DNA of 64,000 bases from Minisyncoccota bacterium (GCA_035299545.1 DATGWJ010000021.1:10090-74089), one strand, 5' to 3'. Shown: positions 10,090-20,791, counted from the stretch's first letter. Notes: a model not told the origin generated them from the letters alone. Program-made: numbers and translations.

Positions 10090-10788
10090 TTATATCACAA
10101 GAGCTAAGTGTTCTAAAACCATTTTCACTGAGCCGCCTTGTGTACTTAGATAACCTCGACTTTTTTGTAATTCTTCTAAAATAAATTTTAATTTTTCATC
10201 CTTTCTATCTTTCTTAAATTTTTGATAAAAAATATTTTCTAATTCATTTATAAAAGAAGTTGCATAATACCTGAGCTGCCCACTATTCTCTTCACTTTTA
10301 TTATCTTTAATTATTTCTGCAACTTTATCTATTCTATCTTTCAGAGAAGATGCGACAAATGATAATGCTTCTTTCTGGATATCTTTATTATTTCCACTAT
10401 CTATTTTTATAATATGGGTTCTTGAGATAATAGTATCTAGAAGTACAGAAGCATCTGGAACTACTAAAAAGAAGTGAGTATTCTCCGCTGGTTCCTCGAT
10501 TATTTTGAGTAATGTCTGCTCTGCTTCTCGATTTATAAAATTAGAAGCAATGATACAAACTCTTTTACCCTCTGTTACTCCGAGTTTACTATGCCAATCT
10601 TTTATTTCCCTACTGTCATCCATCGTGAACGACTCATACACCTGACAAATAACATCAGGGCTATTACTTTCAATATGGCCAGATTCTTCTAAATATTTAA
10701 GTAATTCATTCGGAGCTGTTTCCTTATCTCCTTCTATAACATAACTATGGTAGAGCTCTTTAGGAAAAAGTTCATTAAAAATATTCAT
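10090..10788 (-). CDS. holB: DNA polymerase III delta-prime-like subunit (AAA+ fold without Walker A)
   Basis: HSYVIEG ... IIEEPAENTHFFLV ... SRTHII, compare HolB SRCQ. Confidence 0.5.
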   Translation of the reverse strand: MNIFNELFPKELYHSYVIEGDKETAPNELLKYLEESGHIESNSPDVICQVYESFTMDDSREIKDWHSKLGVTEGKRVCIIASNFINREAEQTLLKIIEEPAENTHFFLVVPDASVLLDTIISRTHIIKIDSGNNKDIQKEALSFVASSLKDRIDKVAEIIKDNKSEENSGQLRYYATSFINELENIFYQKFKKDRKDEKLKFILEELQKSRGYLSTQGGSVKMVLEHLALVI

Positions 10789-10794
10789 ACAATA

Positions 10795-11664
10795 CTATTG
10801 TACATCAATCGGGAAAATATCAGAAAGGTCTCCTGAATAATAGAACTCATAAGCTATATCACCAAAAGTATAGTCGGTATTATTCAATCTTATTACTGAG
10901 CCACCTGCCTGCGGATTCTCTTTGGGCACAGAATAATAAAATCCTAAATTATAAAGAGTAGCAAGAATTTCCGGTCTGTTACTTATGTCGTATCCAGATT
11001 TTTCCCATTGCGTAATTATTTGCCTCATGAATAGACCAACATACAAGTAAGAATAATACGGGTCTTTAGAGTTCGTTATTCTGTTCATCCTTTCTACTTC
11101 CACGTCTACTCCCGGCGCATAGTCAGCTACGTGCTCCATATCTTCCCCTAGATAATAAACAGACTCTTTATTCTTTAAATTACTTTCTATTATTCCTACT
11201 GTTTTAGGTTTTAGGCCTGCAATGCCAAAAGAAGTATTTGAAAGTGATGCCAAAATTTTTAGTGGTTCAAAATAACTTTTTAGTGATTCTCTTCTACTAC
11301 TGAAGAATCTAAATTGTTCTCCTATAACTGCACCGAGCATTAAGCGCGGAGATATACCAGCATCATTCGCAGCTCTTTTTATCACTTCTTGATCACGAGT
11401 GAAAACTTCTCGCATAAGTCTCCATTCATCAGTGTTAGCCCAATCTTTAGTAAAAATAAATGGATTATCTATTATTTGTATTCTACTTACAGCACTTGCA
11501 TTCTTGGTCACATTAAAATAAGAATTCCTTTCTGAGACCGAACCCTTAACATTAAACCAACCAAATTGCATTCCAAAATAGACAAAAGTAAAAACAAATC
11601 CAATAAAAGCAAATATGAACACAACTAGGCGAAAGATATTTCGTTGGATTTTCTTATAATTCAT
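10795..11664 (-). CDS. hypothetical membrane-anchored protein
   Basis: N-terminal TM helix; no recognisable motif. Confidence 0.5.
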   Translation of the reverse strand: MNYKKIQRNIFRLVVFIFAFIGFVFTFVYFGMQFGWFNVKGSVSERNSYFNVTKNASAVSRIQIIDNPFIFTKDWANTDEWRLMREVFTRDQEVIKRAANDAGISPRLMLGAVIGEQFRFFSSRRESLKSYFEPLKILASLSNTSFGIAGLKPKTVGIIESNLKNKESVYYLGEDMEHVADYAPGVDVEVERMNRITNSKDPYYSYLYVGLFMRQIITQWEKSGYDISNRPEILATLYNLGFYYSVPKENPQAGGSVIRLNNTDYTFGDIAYEFYYSGDLSDIFPIDVQ

Positions 11665-11667
11665 ATT

Positions 11668-12681
11668 TTATTTCTTACTTAAAATGCTTTTCTTATAAGT
11701 ATCTAAGTGGTTAAGTGCTTCTCCTGTACCTTTAGCTACACATAGAAGCGGTTCATCGGCAACGCGAGCTTTCACCCCTGTCCTTCTGTAAACTAAATCT
11801 GCCAAGTTTCTAAGCTGACTAGAACCTCCTGTCATAATAATACCGTCGTCTATAATATCTGAAGCGAGTTCTGGAGGTGTCTCTGAAAGAACATCCTTAA
11901 TAGCACCGATCATAGTGCGCAATTCTTTGTCTATCGCTTTCACAATTTCATTTGTAGAAATCTGTGCTGTACGAGGAAGACCTTGGATATAATCGCGTCC
12001 TTTGATTGTGATAGTCAACTCTTCTTCAAGAGGAACAGCTGCACCAATTTTTATTTTAATTGCTTCTGCTGTTCTGTCTCCAATAGCAAGATTGAAAGTT
12101 TTCTTTATGTAGTCAGTGATAGCTTGGTCTATTTTATTGCCGGCACATTTTACTGAAGTTGAAGCTACAATTCCTCCTAGCGCAATAACTGCAATATCTG
12201 TAGTACCTCCTCCTATATCCATAATCATATATCCTCTTGATTCTTGAATTGGAATACCTGCACCGATTGCAGCTAGAATTGGTTCCTTCACTACATATGC
12301 ATTCTTTGCTCCAGCTCTTATCGCTGCTTCCACAACAGCTCTGCGTTCTGTCGATGTAATCCCTGCAGGCACAGATACCATAACATCTGGTTTAAATAAA
12401 TTAAATTTACCAAGCGACTTGGAAATGAAATATCGAAGCATAGCTTCTGTAACTCTGTAATCTGCTATTACTCCGTCTTTCATAGGGCGATACACTATAA
12501 TATTCTCGGGAGTTTTACCTATCATGTCTCGTGCTTCAATACCAATGGCAAGAATCAAATTATCCTGCTCAGAAACAGCCACAACAGAGGGCTCATTTAA
12601 GATAATCCCTTTATTTGGTAGGTATACAAGAGTATTGGCTGTACCTAAATCTATCCCTAATTTTTTCGAAAATATAGACAT
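11668..12681 (-). CDS. mreB: rod shape-determining protein MreB
   Basis: GIDLGTANT, actin-fold ATPase motifs. Confidence 0.9.
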   Translation of the reverse strand: MSIFSKKLGIDLGTANTLVYLPNKGIILNEPSVVAVSEQDNLILAIGIEARDMIGKTPENIIVYRPMKDGVIADYRVTEAMLRYFISKSLGKFNLFKPDVMVSVPAGITSTERRAVVEAAIRAGAKNAYVVKEPILAAIGAGIPIQESRGYMIMDIGGGTTDIAVIALGGIVASTSVKCAGNKIDQAITDYIKKTFNLAIGDRTAEAIKIKIGAAVPLEEELTITIKGRDYIQGLPRTAQISTNEIVKAIDKELRTMIGAIKDVLSETPPELASDIIDDGIIMTGGSSQLRNLADLVYRRTGVKARVADEPLLCVAKGTGEALNHLDTYKKSILSKK

Positions 12682-12740
12682 AATATGTATTTAACAAGGC
12701 TATTGTAACACAAAATAATTAATTTAAAAATTGGGCCCAA

Positions 12741-14723
12741 ATGGCATCTTTGTGCTACGATATAAATATGTATATAGCCACAGTTATACCTCTAGCTAAA
12801 GGAAGCCAAAAAGAATATTTGACTTATTTTTCAGGAACCGATATTCCTCTAGGAAGCATAGTTACTGTGCCTATTCGCTCAAAAAATTTTGATGCAATTG
12901 TGGTAAATATTGAAGAAGCAAAAAATCTAAAATCCGATATCAAGAATGCTGACTATCAACTTAAAAAAATAACCGAAGTAAAAGGTGATTCACCTTTTGA
13001 TAAAAATTTTTTCAATGCTTGCCAGAAAATGAAGGATTATGCAGTCAGTAATACTGGTTCTGTTATTAAATCTCTCTTGCCATCTGCTCTTTTAGAAAAT
13101 ATTGCGCGACTCAAAAAAATAAATAATACTGAAGATAACGATTCAGTAAAAGAAAATCTCAAGCACGAGAAATTAATATTTCAAGCAAACCAAGAAGACC
13201 GCTTAGCATTCTATCGTACTCTCATACGCGAAGCATTTGCTAAAAAAGAATCTGTTTTTATTTGTGTACCCACTCGCTATGATATAGACCATTTTCATAA
13301 AGAACTCGCCAAAGGCATTGAGAAATATGTATTTTCTTTCCACTCTGATATGCCTAAAAAGGTTATCGTGGATACATATAACTCCTCATTAACCGAGGTT
13401 CACCCTATCCTTATTATTGGCACAGGAATATTTATGTCCATTCCTCGTCATGATATTAAAACAGTAGTAGTTGAGAGTGAGAGTTCTGATATCTACAAAC
13501 AAATGGCAAGGCCATACGTAGACATTCGAGGATTCGCTGAAATACTATCATCATTACAAAAAACTAAATTAATATTTGGAGACACGCTCTTGCGACCAGA
13601 AACACTATATAGACACGAACAAGGAGAATTTGGAGAAATATCCTCCCCTCTTTATCGTCTTCCACAAACAGAAAGGCAAACGGTGGTAGATATGAAAAAT
13701 GAAGTAGCTAGCACAGGTAAGAAAGTTTTCACAATCATTAGTAATGATACAAGAAAGATGATAGATGATGCTCTATCTAAGAATCAATCCATTTTCTTAT
13801 TCTCTGTTCGAAAAGGTTTAGCTCCTATCACAACTTGTAGTGATTGCGGAAATACATTACTTTGTCCGGATTGCTCTGCTCCAATGGTTCTCTATGGCAC
13901 CAAACAAATAACTGCAAACAAGGCAACTACACCAAGAATATTTATGTGTAATAAATGCGGACGCAAAGAAAGAACGGAAGTTTCTTGCCCAAATTGCTCA
14001 AGCTGGAATTTATCACCACTTGGAGTAGGCACAGACAGAGTTTGGGAAGAAATAAAAGCTTTATATCCTAAAGTAAAAGTTATCCAAATAGATAAAGAAA
14101 ACACACCTACACAGAAAGATGCATCTATCGCAATGAAAGAGTTCACTAAGAATAAAGGAAGTATTCTAATAGGTACTGAGATGGCATTTTCTAATCTTAA
14201 AGAAGAAGTATATGCGAGTGCAGTGATATCTCTCGATGGATTATTTTCAATTCCTAGTTTTAATATCACTCAAAAAATTCTACACATCATAGAAAAATTA
14301 TTTTATATCACAACTTCAAATATTATTATCCAAACACGAATGCCTGATAATAAAATCTTGCAATATATTCTAAGTGGTAATGTTCTTCCTCTTTGCCGAG
14401 AAGATTTAAAAGAAAGAAAAGATTTCGGTTACCCTCCTTTCCGACGATTAATAAAAATAACTTTCGAAGGCACCGCTAAGGAGACAGAATTCGCAAGAAA
14501 TTACATTGAGAATAAGCTTGGTAATTATGAACCGCAGATATTTAGTGCATTTATAAGTAAAATAAAAGGCAAATATATTACAAACACAGTTATAAAAGTT
14601 GATCCAAGAATTTGGCCACTTCCAACAGGCGATAAAAAGATTATAGACCAAAACTTAGCCGAGAATCTCTCCCAGTTACCTCCTGCTTTTTCTATAAACG
14701 TAGACCCTGAGGATTTGTTATAA
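12741..14723 (+). CDS. priA: primosomal protein N' (PriA)-like with degenerate helicase core
   Basis: PriA N-terminal 3'-DNA-binding-like region and Cys4-Cys4 zinc-binding insert (CSDCGNTLLCPDC ... CNKCG ... CPNCSS). No GxxGxGKT Walker A and no DEXH motif are visible. Confidence 0.6.
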   Translation: MASLCYDINMYIATVIPLAKGSQKEYLTYFSGTDIPLGSIVTVPIRSKNFDAIVVNIEEAKNLKSDIKNADYQLKKITEVKGDSPFDKNFFNACQKMKDYAVSNTGSVIKSLLPSALLENIARLKKINNTEDNDSVKENLKHEKLIFQANQEDRLAFYRTLIREAFAKKESVFICVPTRYDIDHFHKELAKGIEKYVFSFHSDMPKKVIVDTYNSSLTEVHPILIIGTGIFMSIPRHDIKTVVVESESSDIYKQMARPYVDIRGFAEILSSLQKTKLIFGDTLLRPETLYRHEQGEFGEISSPLYRLPQTERQTVVDMKNEVASTGKKVFTIISNDTRKMIDDALSKNQSIFLFSVRKGLAPITTCSDCGNTLLCPDCSAPMVLYGTKQITANKATTPRIFMCNKCGRKERTEVSCPNCSSWNLSPLGVGTDRVWEEIKALYPKVKVIQIDKENTPTQKDASIAMKEFTKNKGSILIGTEMAFSNLKEEVYASAVISLDGLFSIPSFNITQKILHIIEKLFYITTSNIIIQTRMPDNKILQYILSGNVLPLCREDLKERKDFGYPPFRRLIKITFEGTAKETEFARNYIENKLGNYEPQIFSAFISKIKGKYITNTVIKVDPRIWPLPTGDKKIIDQNLAENLSQLPPAFSINVDPEDLL

Positions 14724-14775
14724 AAAATTACGTATTTACTTGCTTAGATTAAAAAGGTGTGATAATATACGCCTT

Positions 14776-15027
14776 ATGATTACAGTTATAGAAGTAAAGA
14801 AAAACGCAAACGAAAGCAATATGAATCTTGTCCGTCGCTTCACTCGTAAAGTGCAAGAGTCAGGAATTATTCAAAAGGTTAAGAGTAAGCGTTATAATAA
14901 GAGAGCCGAATCAAAAGTTAAAATCAAGCAAGCTACCTTGAAGCGAATAGCAAACAAGAAAGTTCAAGAGAAACTATTTAAATTAGGAAAAGCTACTAAG
15001 ACTCTCAAGAAAAAAGGCCACAAATAA
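14776..15027 (+). CDS. rpsU: 30S ribosomal protein S21
   Basis: MITVIEVKKNANESNMNLVRRFTRKVQESGII...KRYNKRAESK matches the S21 pattern. The start was moved to the internal ATG preceded by AAGGTG. Confidence 0.6.
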   Translation: MITVIEVKKNANESNMNLVRRFTRKVQESGIIQKVKSKRYNKRAESKVKIKQATLKRIANKKVQEKLFKLGKATKTLKKKGHK

Positions 15028-15031
15028 TCTT

Positions 15032-15418
15032 ATGTTAGATACAGATTTCTGTACTATTAAAAATAAAACAAAAAGCAAGCTTCCAAGCTTGCCTTTTGTT
15101 TCTATGAAAGACAAAATTCTAGGTAAAAAATACGAATTCGGATTAAGTCTGCTTACACCTCTAGAACAGAAGAAGATAAATTTTAAATACAGAGGCAAAA
15201 ATGAAACTACCAATATTCTCTCTTTCCCCTTATCTAAAACATCTGGAGAAATTACTATAGATCCTATTAAAGTGAAGAAGGATGCTCCGCTTTTTGATAT
15301 GACTTACCCCCAATTTTTCAAATTCTTAGTTATCCACGGAATGTTACATTTGAAAGGTTTCGAACATAGTAGTACAATGGAGAAGAAAGAGAAGGAATAT
15401 CTTAGAATGTTTTCTTAA
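15032..15418 (+). CDS. ybeY: endoribonuclease YbeY
   Basis: NILSFP and HGMLHLKGFEH zinc-binding motif. Confidence 0.8.
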   Translation: MLDTDFCTIKNKTKSKLPSLPFVSMKDKILGKKYEFGLSLLTPLEQKKINFKYRGKNETTNILSFPLSKTSGEITIDPIKVKKDAPLFDMTYPQFFKFLVIHGMLHLKGFEHSSTMEKKEKEYLRMFS

Positions 15419-15438
15419 ATATTTTCTCTTTTTACTTC

Positions 15439-16614
15439 ATGCTGAAAAATAATTACACTTGCGGAATAGATATAGGAACTCATACTACAAAAGTTGTTGT
15501 GGTGGGTTTTGATAAAGGGAAAAAAGAACCCGTTGTTCTTGCGACTGGTTCATCTCCTACTGTCGGAATGCGTTTCGGATATATAGCCAATGTAGATGCT
15601 GTTGCAGATAGTATTAAAAAGGCTGTAAAACAAGCAGAGAATATTTTGGGAATTAAAATTCACAGAGCTTATGTATCCATCGGAGGCATAAGTTTGAGTT
15701 CTAGTATTTCCACTGGCTCAGTAATTATTTCAAAAGCTGATCAAGAAATTACAAACCTAGATGTAGTAAAAGTTATCGCTAACAGCGAAGAAAATCTCGA
15801 TGTGTTAAATAAAAAAGTAATTCATACTTTTCCTCTTTCTTATAAACTTGATGGTAAAGAAATTTATGCAAGGCCAGAAGGATTGCGAGGTATCAAGCTA
15901 GAAGTTAGAACTTTGTTTGTTACTTGTTTAAAACAAAATATCGAAGACCTTATCACAGCTTTCACATTAGCAAAAATAGAAATAGAAGAAATAATTGCTT
16001 CTCCTATTATAACTGCAAATATTCTCTTAGGGAGTAAGCAGAAAGTAGCTGGATGTATTCTGATGGATATCGGAGCAGAGACAGTATCTACTGCAGTATT
16101 TGAGAATAATGTACCTATATCAGTAGCCGTATTCCCTATAGGAAGTATGGATATTACGAAGGATATAGCATTAGGTCTTAAAATCTCTCTAGAAGAAGCA
16201 GAGAGTATCAAGCTTGGAAGTGTCACAGGTGGTGACTATTCAAAAAAGAAAGTTGATGAAATAGTTGAAGCAAGATTGATTGATATTTTTGAACTTGTCG
16301 GTAACCAATTAAAACGTTTAAAGCGTTTCGAACTTCTTCCTGCAGGAATTATAATTACTGGGAATGGTTCATATATAAATAATATTGAAGAAATTGCTCG
16401 TAGAGAATTAAAGCTCCCAGTTAAAGTAGGACCAATCGATTCTTCTTTTAATAATAAATTTAAAGTTCGTGATGCTTCTTGGTATACAGCTTTAGGTCTT
16501 GCTCTATCTGTAGGTGAAGAATATGTAAACGACGCATCGAACAGCACTGTGAGCGGAAATATAAAAGAAGTAAAAAGTTTTTTCAAATCTATATTTTCCC
16601 AGCTTCTTCCCTAA
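15439..16614 (+). CDS. ftsA: cell division protein FtsA
   Basis: GIDIGTHTTK actin-like fold; immediately upstream of ftsZ. Confidence 0.85.
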   Translation: MLKNNYTCGIDIGTHTTKVVVVGFDKGKKEPVVLATGSSPTVGMRFGYIANVDAVADSIKKAVKQAENILGIKIHRAYVSIGGISLSSSISTGSVIISKADQEITNLDVVKVIANSEENLDVLNKKVIHTFPLSYKLDGKEIYARPEGLRGIKLEVRTLFVTCLKQNIEDLITAFTLAKIEIEEIIASPIITANILLGSKQKVAGCILMDIGAETVSTAVFENNVPISVAVFPIGSMDITKDIALGLKISLEEAESIKLGSVTGGDYSKKKVDEIVEARLIDIFELVGNQLKRLKRFELLPAGIIITGNGSYINNIEEIARRELKLPVKVGPIDSSFNNKFKVRDASWYTALGLALSVGEEYVNDASNSTVSGNIKEVKSFFKSIFSQLLP

Positions 16615-16722
16615 GAATAACAAGACAAAACAGGTATTTGTCAAATATTCCCTTTTTCTTGATTTCTGCTATTATGTATCTACTAACTTATTATTAATGA
16701 AAGACCTTACGTCTATAAATAT

Positions 16723-17898
16723 ATGCCTAAATTAAATCCAGATATTGAATCATTCGCAAGAATTAAAGTTATTGGAATTGGGGGTTCTGGAAAGAACGCC
16801 CTTAATCACATGATTAATTCGAAAGTTAAAGGAGTTGAGTTCATTGTTATGAATACAGACACTCAAGACCTTCACAATTCTCTAGCTGAAAAGAAAGTTC
16901 ACCTCGGTAAGAACCTCACTAAAGGTCTAGGAGCCGGAATGAATCCAGAAGTTGGCAAACGTGCAGCCGAAGAGACAAAAGCAGAAATTCAAGATGTCAT
17001 AAAGGGAGCAGATATGGTGTTCATCGCCTGCGGAATGGGTGGTGGTACAGGCACAGGTGCAGCCCCTATAGTCGCACAAGCAGCAAAAGAGCAAGGCATT
17101 CTCACTGTCGCTGTTGTAACTAAGCCATTTTCTTTTGAAGGAAATCAAAGAATGAAACTCGCAGACATGGGTCTTTCTGAACTTGAAAAAGAAGTTGATG
17201 CAATTCTAGTAATTCCTAATGATCGACTCATCGTTATATCAGGGAAAGAAGTCGGCTTCCGCCAAGCATTCGCAATGTGTGATGAAGTTCTAAAGCAAGC
17301 TGTGGAAGGTATCTCAGAATTAATCACTACTCCAGGTATGATCAACGTAGACTTCGCTGACATCAAAGCCGTAATGTATGACGCAGGAAGTGCACTTATG
17401 GGAGTAGGCATCGCAGCAGGTGAAGGACGCGCAGAGAAAGCAGCTTTAGCTGCAATAAATTCCCCTCTTCTAGACCTTTCTATTTCAGGAGCAAAAGGAG
17501 TTCTCTTTGCAATTTCTGGTGGAGACGATCTTACTATTCATGAAATACAAGATGCAGCAAAAGTTATTACTGAATCTATCGATAAAGATGCCAAGGTTAT
17601 ATTTGGAACTATTCGCGATGAGAAACTTAAGAAAGGAGAAATGAAAGTTACAGTTATCGCAACTGGCTTCCCTACTGATATGCCAAAGCGTTCACTCTTC
17701 CAAATGGGTCAATCTAGAGCCGTTGGAGAAACACCAACACCAGTAAAAGAAGAACCAAAGAAGGAAGAAAAAGAAAAGAACGGCAATAATAATGACTACA
17801 TAAAGAAAGCAGACAAAGAAAAAGTAGAAGATGATTTATTCATCGATGATACTGATGACTGGAGTACTGTTCCAGCATTTCTAAGAAGAAAGAAATAA
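16723..17898 (+). CDS. ftsZ: cell division protein FtsZ
   Basis: GGGTGTGAAPIVA tubulin signature. Confidence 0.95.
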   Translation: MPKLNPDIESFARIKVIGIGGSGKNALNHMINSKVKGVEFIVMNTDTQDLHNSLAEKKVHLGKNLTKGLGAGMNPEVGKRAAEETKAEIQDVIKGADMVFIACGMGGGTGTGAAPIVAQAAKEQGILTVAVVTKPFSFEGNQRMKLADMGLSELEKEVDAILVIPNDRLIVISGKEVGFRQAFAMCDEVLKQAVEGISELITTPGMINVDFADIKAVMYDAGSALMGVGIAAGEGRAEKAALAAINSPLLDLSISGAKGVLFAISGGDDLTIHEIQDAAKVITESIDKDAKVIFGTIRDEKLKKGEMKVTVIATGFPTDMPKRSLFQMGQSRAVGETPTPVKEEPKKEEKEKNGNNNDYIKKADKEKVEDDLFIDDTDDWSTVPAFLRRKK

Positions 17899-17905
17899 AA
17901 AAACT

Positions 17906-18010
17906 AAACACGGCATATATAAAATTTTCTTCGCTTATCCCTCTCCGCTCGCAAGCTCGCTCCGGCGCGCCCACACCTACTCAGAAAATTTCATATATGC
18001 CGTGTTTTTT
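17906..18010 (+). repeat. composite hairpin element, copy A: AT-rich 25-bp stem enclosing a 52-nt GC-rich core
   Basis: Stem AAACACGGCATATATAAAATTTTCT pairs with AGAAAATTTCATATATGCCGTGTTT (one mismatch). Core TCGCTTATCCCTCTCCGCTCGCAAGCTCGCTCCGGCGCGCCCACACCTACTC. A-run before and T-run after. Confidence 0.8.
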
Positions 18011-18056
18011 ATATGGATATTTTCTTTGTATTTGACTTATATGCTAAAATAAGAAT

Positions 18057-18983
18057 ATGTACGAATTAATCATTTTAGGAGGTGGTCCTGCTGGCACAGC
18101 TGCCGCAGTATATGCTGCCCGCAAACAATTAAAAACAGCTATTATCACAAGTGATTTCGGTGGCCAATCTATGGTCTCTGAGAAAATCTTTAACTGGATC
18201 GGTACTCCTGAAATACCTGGAGTAGATCTAGCTTCTAATTTCAAGAAACACGTTCTTTATTACAAAGGACCATATTTAGATGTAATAGAAGGAGAAAAGA
18301 TTACTTCAGTAACAAAAAATGATAATGTAATTACAGTTAAGTCCGAATCTGGTAAAGAATACACTTCGAAAGCTCTTATCATAGCAACTGGTAGTGGACG
18401 CAGAAAATTGGAAGCAATCAACGCAGATACTTTTGAAAACAAAGGAATTACTTACTGCGCATCTTGCGATGGTCCTTTGTTTGCGGACCAAGATGTCGTT
18501 GTTATAGGTGGAGGCAATGCTGCATTTGAGACATCCGCTCAACTTCTCGCCTATTGCAAGAGTGTAACTTTAATACACAGAAGTGAAAACTTCCGTGCAG
18601 ATGAGATAACAGTTAAGAAAATTTTTGAAAATCCTAAATTCAAAGCAATAACAAATTCCGAAGTTGTGAGAGTAGATGGTGAACAGTTTGTAAGCTCTAT
18701 TACTTATAAAAATAAAATTACAGGAGAAACTGGAACTCTTCCTACAGCAGGTATATTCGTAGAGATAGGACAAATACCAAACATTGATTTCGTAAAAGAT
18801 ATAGTCAAAATAGATGATTTTGGCAAGATTGCTGTTGATCCTATGAACCAGATGACTAGTGTAGAAGGTATCTGGGCGGCAGGTGATTGTACAAATGGCA
18901 GATATCATCAGAACAACATCGCTGCTGGTAACGGAGTCGTCGCTCTTGAAGACGCTTACCTTTGGATACAAAAGAATAAATAA
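18057..18983 (+). CDS. trxB: thioredoxin-disulfide reductase
   Basis: GGGPAG FAD motif, redox CASCDG, AAGDCT. Confidence 0.85.
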   Translation: MYELIILGGGPAGTAAAVYAARKQLKTAIITSDFGGQSMVSEKIFNWIGTPEIPGVDLASNFKKHVLYYKGPYLDVIEGEKITSVTKNDNVITVKSESGKEYTSKALIIATGSGRRKLEAINADTFENKGITYCASCDGPLFADQDVVVIGGGNAAFETSAQLLAYCKSVTLIHRSENFRADEITVKKIFENPKFKAITNSEVVRVDGEQFVSSITYKNKITGETGTLPTAGIFVEIGQIPNIDFVKDIVKIDDFGKIAVDPMNQMTSVEGIWAAGDCTNGRYHQNNIAAGNGVVALEDAYLWIQKNK

Positions 18984-18990
18984 GAAACTA

Positions 18991-19101
18991 AAAAACAGGG
19001 TATATATAAAATTTTCTTCGCTTATCCCTCTCCGCTCGCAAGCTCGCTCCGGCGCGCCCACACCTACTCAGAAAATTTCATATATACCCTGTTTCTGTTT
19101 T
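18991..19101 (+). repeat. composite hairpin element, copy B: core identical to copy A, outer stem with compensatory changes
   Basis: The core is 52/52 identical to copy A. The stem AAACAGGGTATATAT.../...ATATATACCCTGTTT carries paired substitutions relative to copy A. Confidence 0.8.
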
Positions 19102-19858
19102 ATATAGTTTGATTTACTAAAATTCCCTCCAATATTTCTAATTCAGATTTTGAATTTGGTTGGAAAATTTCCATCATATTTGAAAGTGGGACACCTTCTA
19201 TTTCCAATCCTTGCTCTTGCGCTAATTTAATTAAGTCAGGAAGATAATATTCTTTTTGAGCATTTTCATTCTTTATCTTATTTATATTATTCCATAACCA
19301 TTCAGCATCAAAAGCATAAATTGCAGGATTAACTTCTTTTATTTCTTTTTCTTCGTCGTTTGCATCTTTAAATTCCACAATTTTCACAATCTTACCATTC
19401 GCATCCCGAACAATTCTCCCTAAATTATAAGCTCCCACTCTCCAATCTTTAAAATCAGGCAATGACACTGTCCCCATTGTAATAACTGCTTTGGACTTTT
19501 CATGAGCATCGATTACATTTGTAATTGTCTCTTTAGAAATGAGTGGTTGATCAGTTGAAATAACAAAGATTGTTTTATGATCAGGGTGAACTTGTGGTTT
19601 TGCAGACATAACTGCATGCCCTGTGCCAAGTTGCTCTTCTTGGTGGGCATATATATTATCCATACCAAAAACTTCAAATATTCTTTCTTTTTTATGTCCC
19701 ACGACAATCACTGGCTTTATAGATAAATCAATTGTCGCTAAAGTATCTAAAATGTGCCTTAAAAATGGTTTCCCTCGAAGCATTGCAAGAGCCTTAGGGT
19801 CGTCGGATTCCATTCTTTTTCCTTTTCCTGCAGCTAAAATAATTATTTGTGTGCTCAT
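19100..19858 (-). CDS. GlmU N-terminal-like sugar-1-phosphate nucleotidyltransferase (no LbH acetyltransferase domain)
   Basis: LAAGKGKRM and LGTGHAV motifs. Confidence 0.65.
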   Translation of the reverse strand: MSTQIIILAAGKGKRMESDDPKALAMLRGKPFLRHILDTLATIDLSIKPVIVVGHKKERIFEVFGMDNIYAHQEEQLGTGHAVMSAKPQVHPDHKTIFVISTDQPLISKETITNVIDAHEKSKAVITMGTVSLPDFKDWRVGAYNLGRIVRDANGKIVKIVEFKDANDEEKEIKEVNPAIYAFDAEWLWNNINKIKNENAQKEYYLPDLIKLAQEQGLEIEGVPLSNMMEIFQPNSKSELEILEGILVNQTI

Positions 19859-19907
19859 ATAATATAAAAAAATTATTTATAATGGCTTTACTTTCTTGTA
19901 AGACCTG

Positions 19908-19980
19908 TGCGCGATACAGGATTCGAACCTGTGACATCGTCAACGTCAATGACGCGCTCTACCAACTGAGCTAACCGCGC
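19908..19980 (-). tRNA. tRNA-Val (anticodon GAC)
   Basis: Folded by hand: acceptor GCGCGGT/ATCGCGC, D arm GCTC/GAGC, anticodon loop TTGACGT, T arm ACAGG-TTCGAAT-CCTGT. Confidence 0.85.
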
Positions 19981-19988
19981 AAATTTTG

Positions 19989-20075
19989 CGGAAGCGGTGA
20001 GATTTGAACTCACGATACGGTCTCCCGTATGCCGCTTTTCGAAAGCGGTGCCTTCAACCGCTCAGCCACGCTTCC
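19989..20075 (-). tRNA. tRNA-Ser (anticodon CGA), long variable arm
   Basis: Acceptor GGAAGCG/CGCTTCC, anticodon loop TTCGAAA, variable stem ATACGG/CCGTAT, T arm GTGAG-TTCAAAT-CTCAC. Confidence 0.85.
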
Positions 20076-20122
20076 ATATAAAACATTAAGTTAGTATACC
20101 GAAACGAGGCTAAATAATCAAT

Positions 20123-20755
20123 TTAAGGTAACTGTCGTACTTCTTTTTGAAGAATGTGACCATCTTCATCTAAGTCGTAAATTAAAACTTGCCCAAAAGG
20201 AAGCTCAACTTTCTCAATATCAGCATCAGAAATATTTTCTATATACTTCATTATTGAGCGACCAGAATTACCATGACATACGACTAAGACATTCTTCCCC
20301 TCTTTTAAAACTGGCAATATTTTATTCAAGAAAAAAGGCACAGACCTCTCGTAAACCATTTTCAAACTTTCTCCATTGGAAATATTGCAATCCCAACCTC
20401 TTCGAATTTTTAAAAATTCTTCTTCCCCTAGTAACTTTTGCATTTCCCATTTATTCTTACCGGTGTAGTCGCCGTAGTCACGCTCGTTTAACTCTTTAGC
20501 TTCTTCGGTAGGAATATCTTTACTTAAAGAACTACCTTCTTGTATGGATTCAAGTGTCTCTTTTGAGCGAACCTGAGCAGAGGTAAAAATCTTATCAAAA
20601 TGAATTCCTTCAACTAACTTTCCCATATTTCTTGCCTGTTCAAAACCAAGTGGAGACAAATGAACATCTACAACTCCAGTCCACTTCCCAAGCTTATTCC
20701 ATTCTGATTCGGTATGCCTTAATAACACAAGCTTTCCTACGTTTTTTGTTTCCAT
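20123..20755 (-). CDS. histidine phosphatase / phosphoglycerate mutase family protein
   Basis: LLRHTESEWN motif (RHG phosphohistidine site). Confidence 0.7.
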   Translation of the reverse strand: METKNVGKLVLLRHTESEWNKLGKWTGVVDVHLSPLGFEQARNMGKLVEGIHFDKIFTSAQVRSKETLESIQEGSSLSKDIPTEEAKELNERDYGDYTGKNKWEMQKLLGEEEFLKIRRGWDCNISNGESLKMVYERSVPFFLNKILPVLKEGKNVLVVCHGNSGRSIMKYIENISDADIEKVELPFGQVLIYDLDEDGHILQKEVRQLP

Positions 20756-20791
20756 TTATATAGTATACAACAAATAGTAAACCCTTCGCTC

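Noticed and set aside
17906-19101. The two adjacent identical GC-rich cores, considered as a possible mini-CRISPR array.
   Set aside because: There are only two copies. They are separated by a full housekeeping gene (trxB), not a 30-40-nt spacer. Each is embedded in its own long palindrome, and there are no cas genes. The copies at 31.4 and 37.6 kb show it is a dispersed element family.
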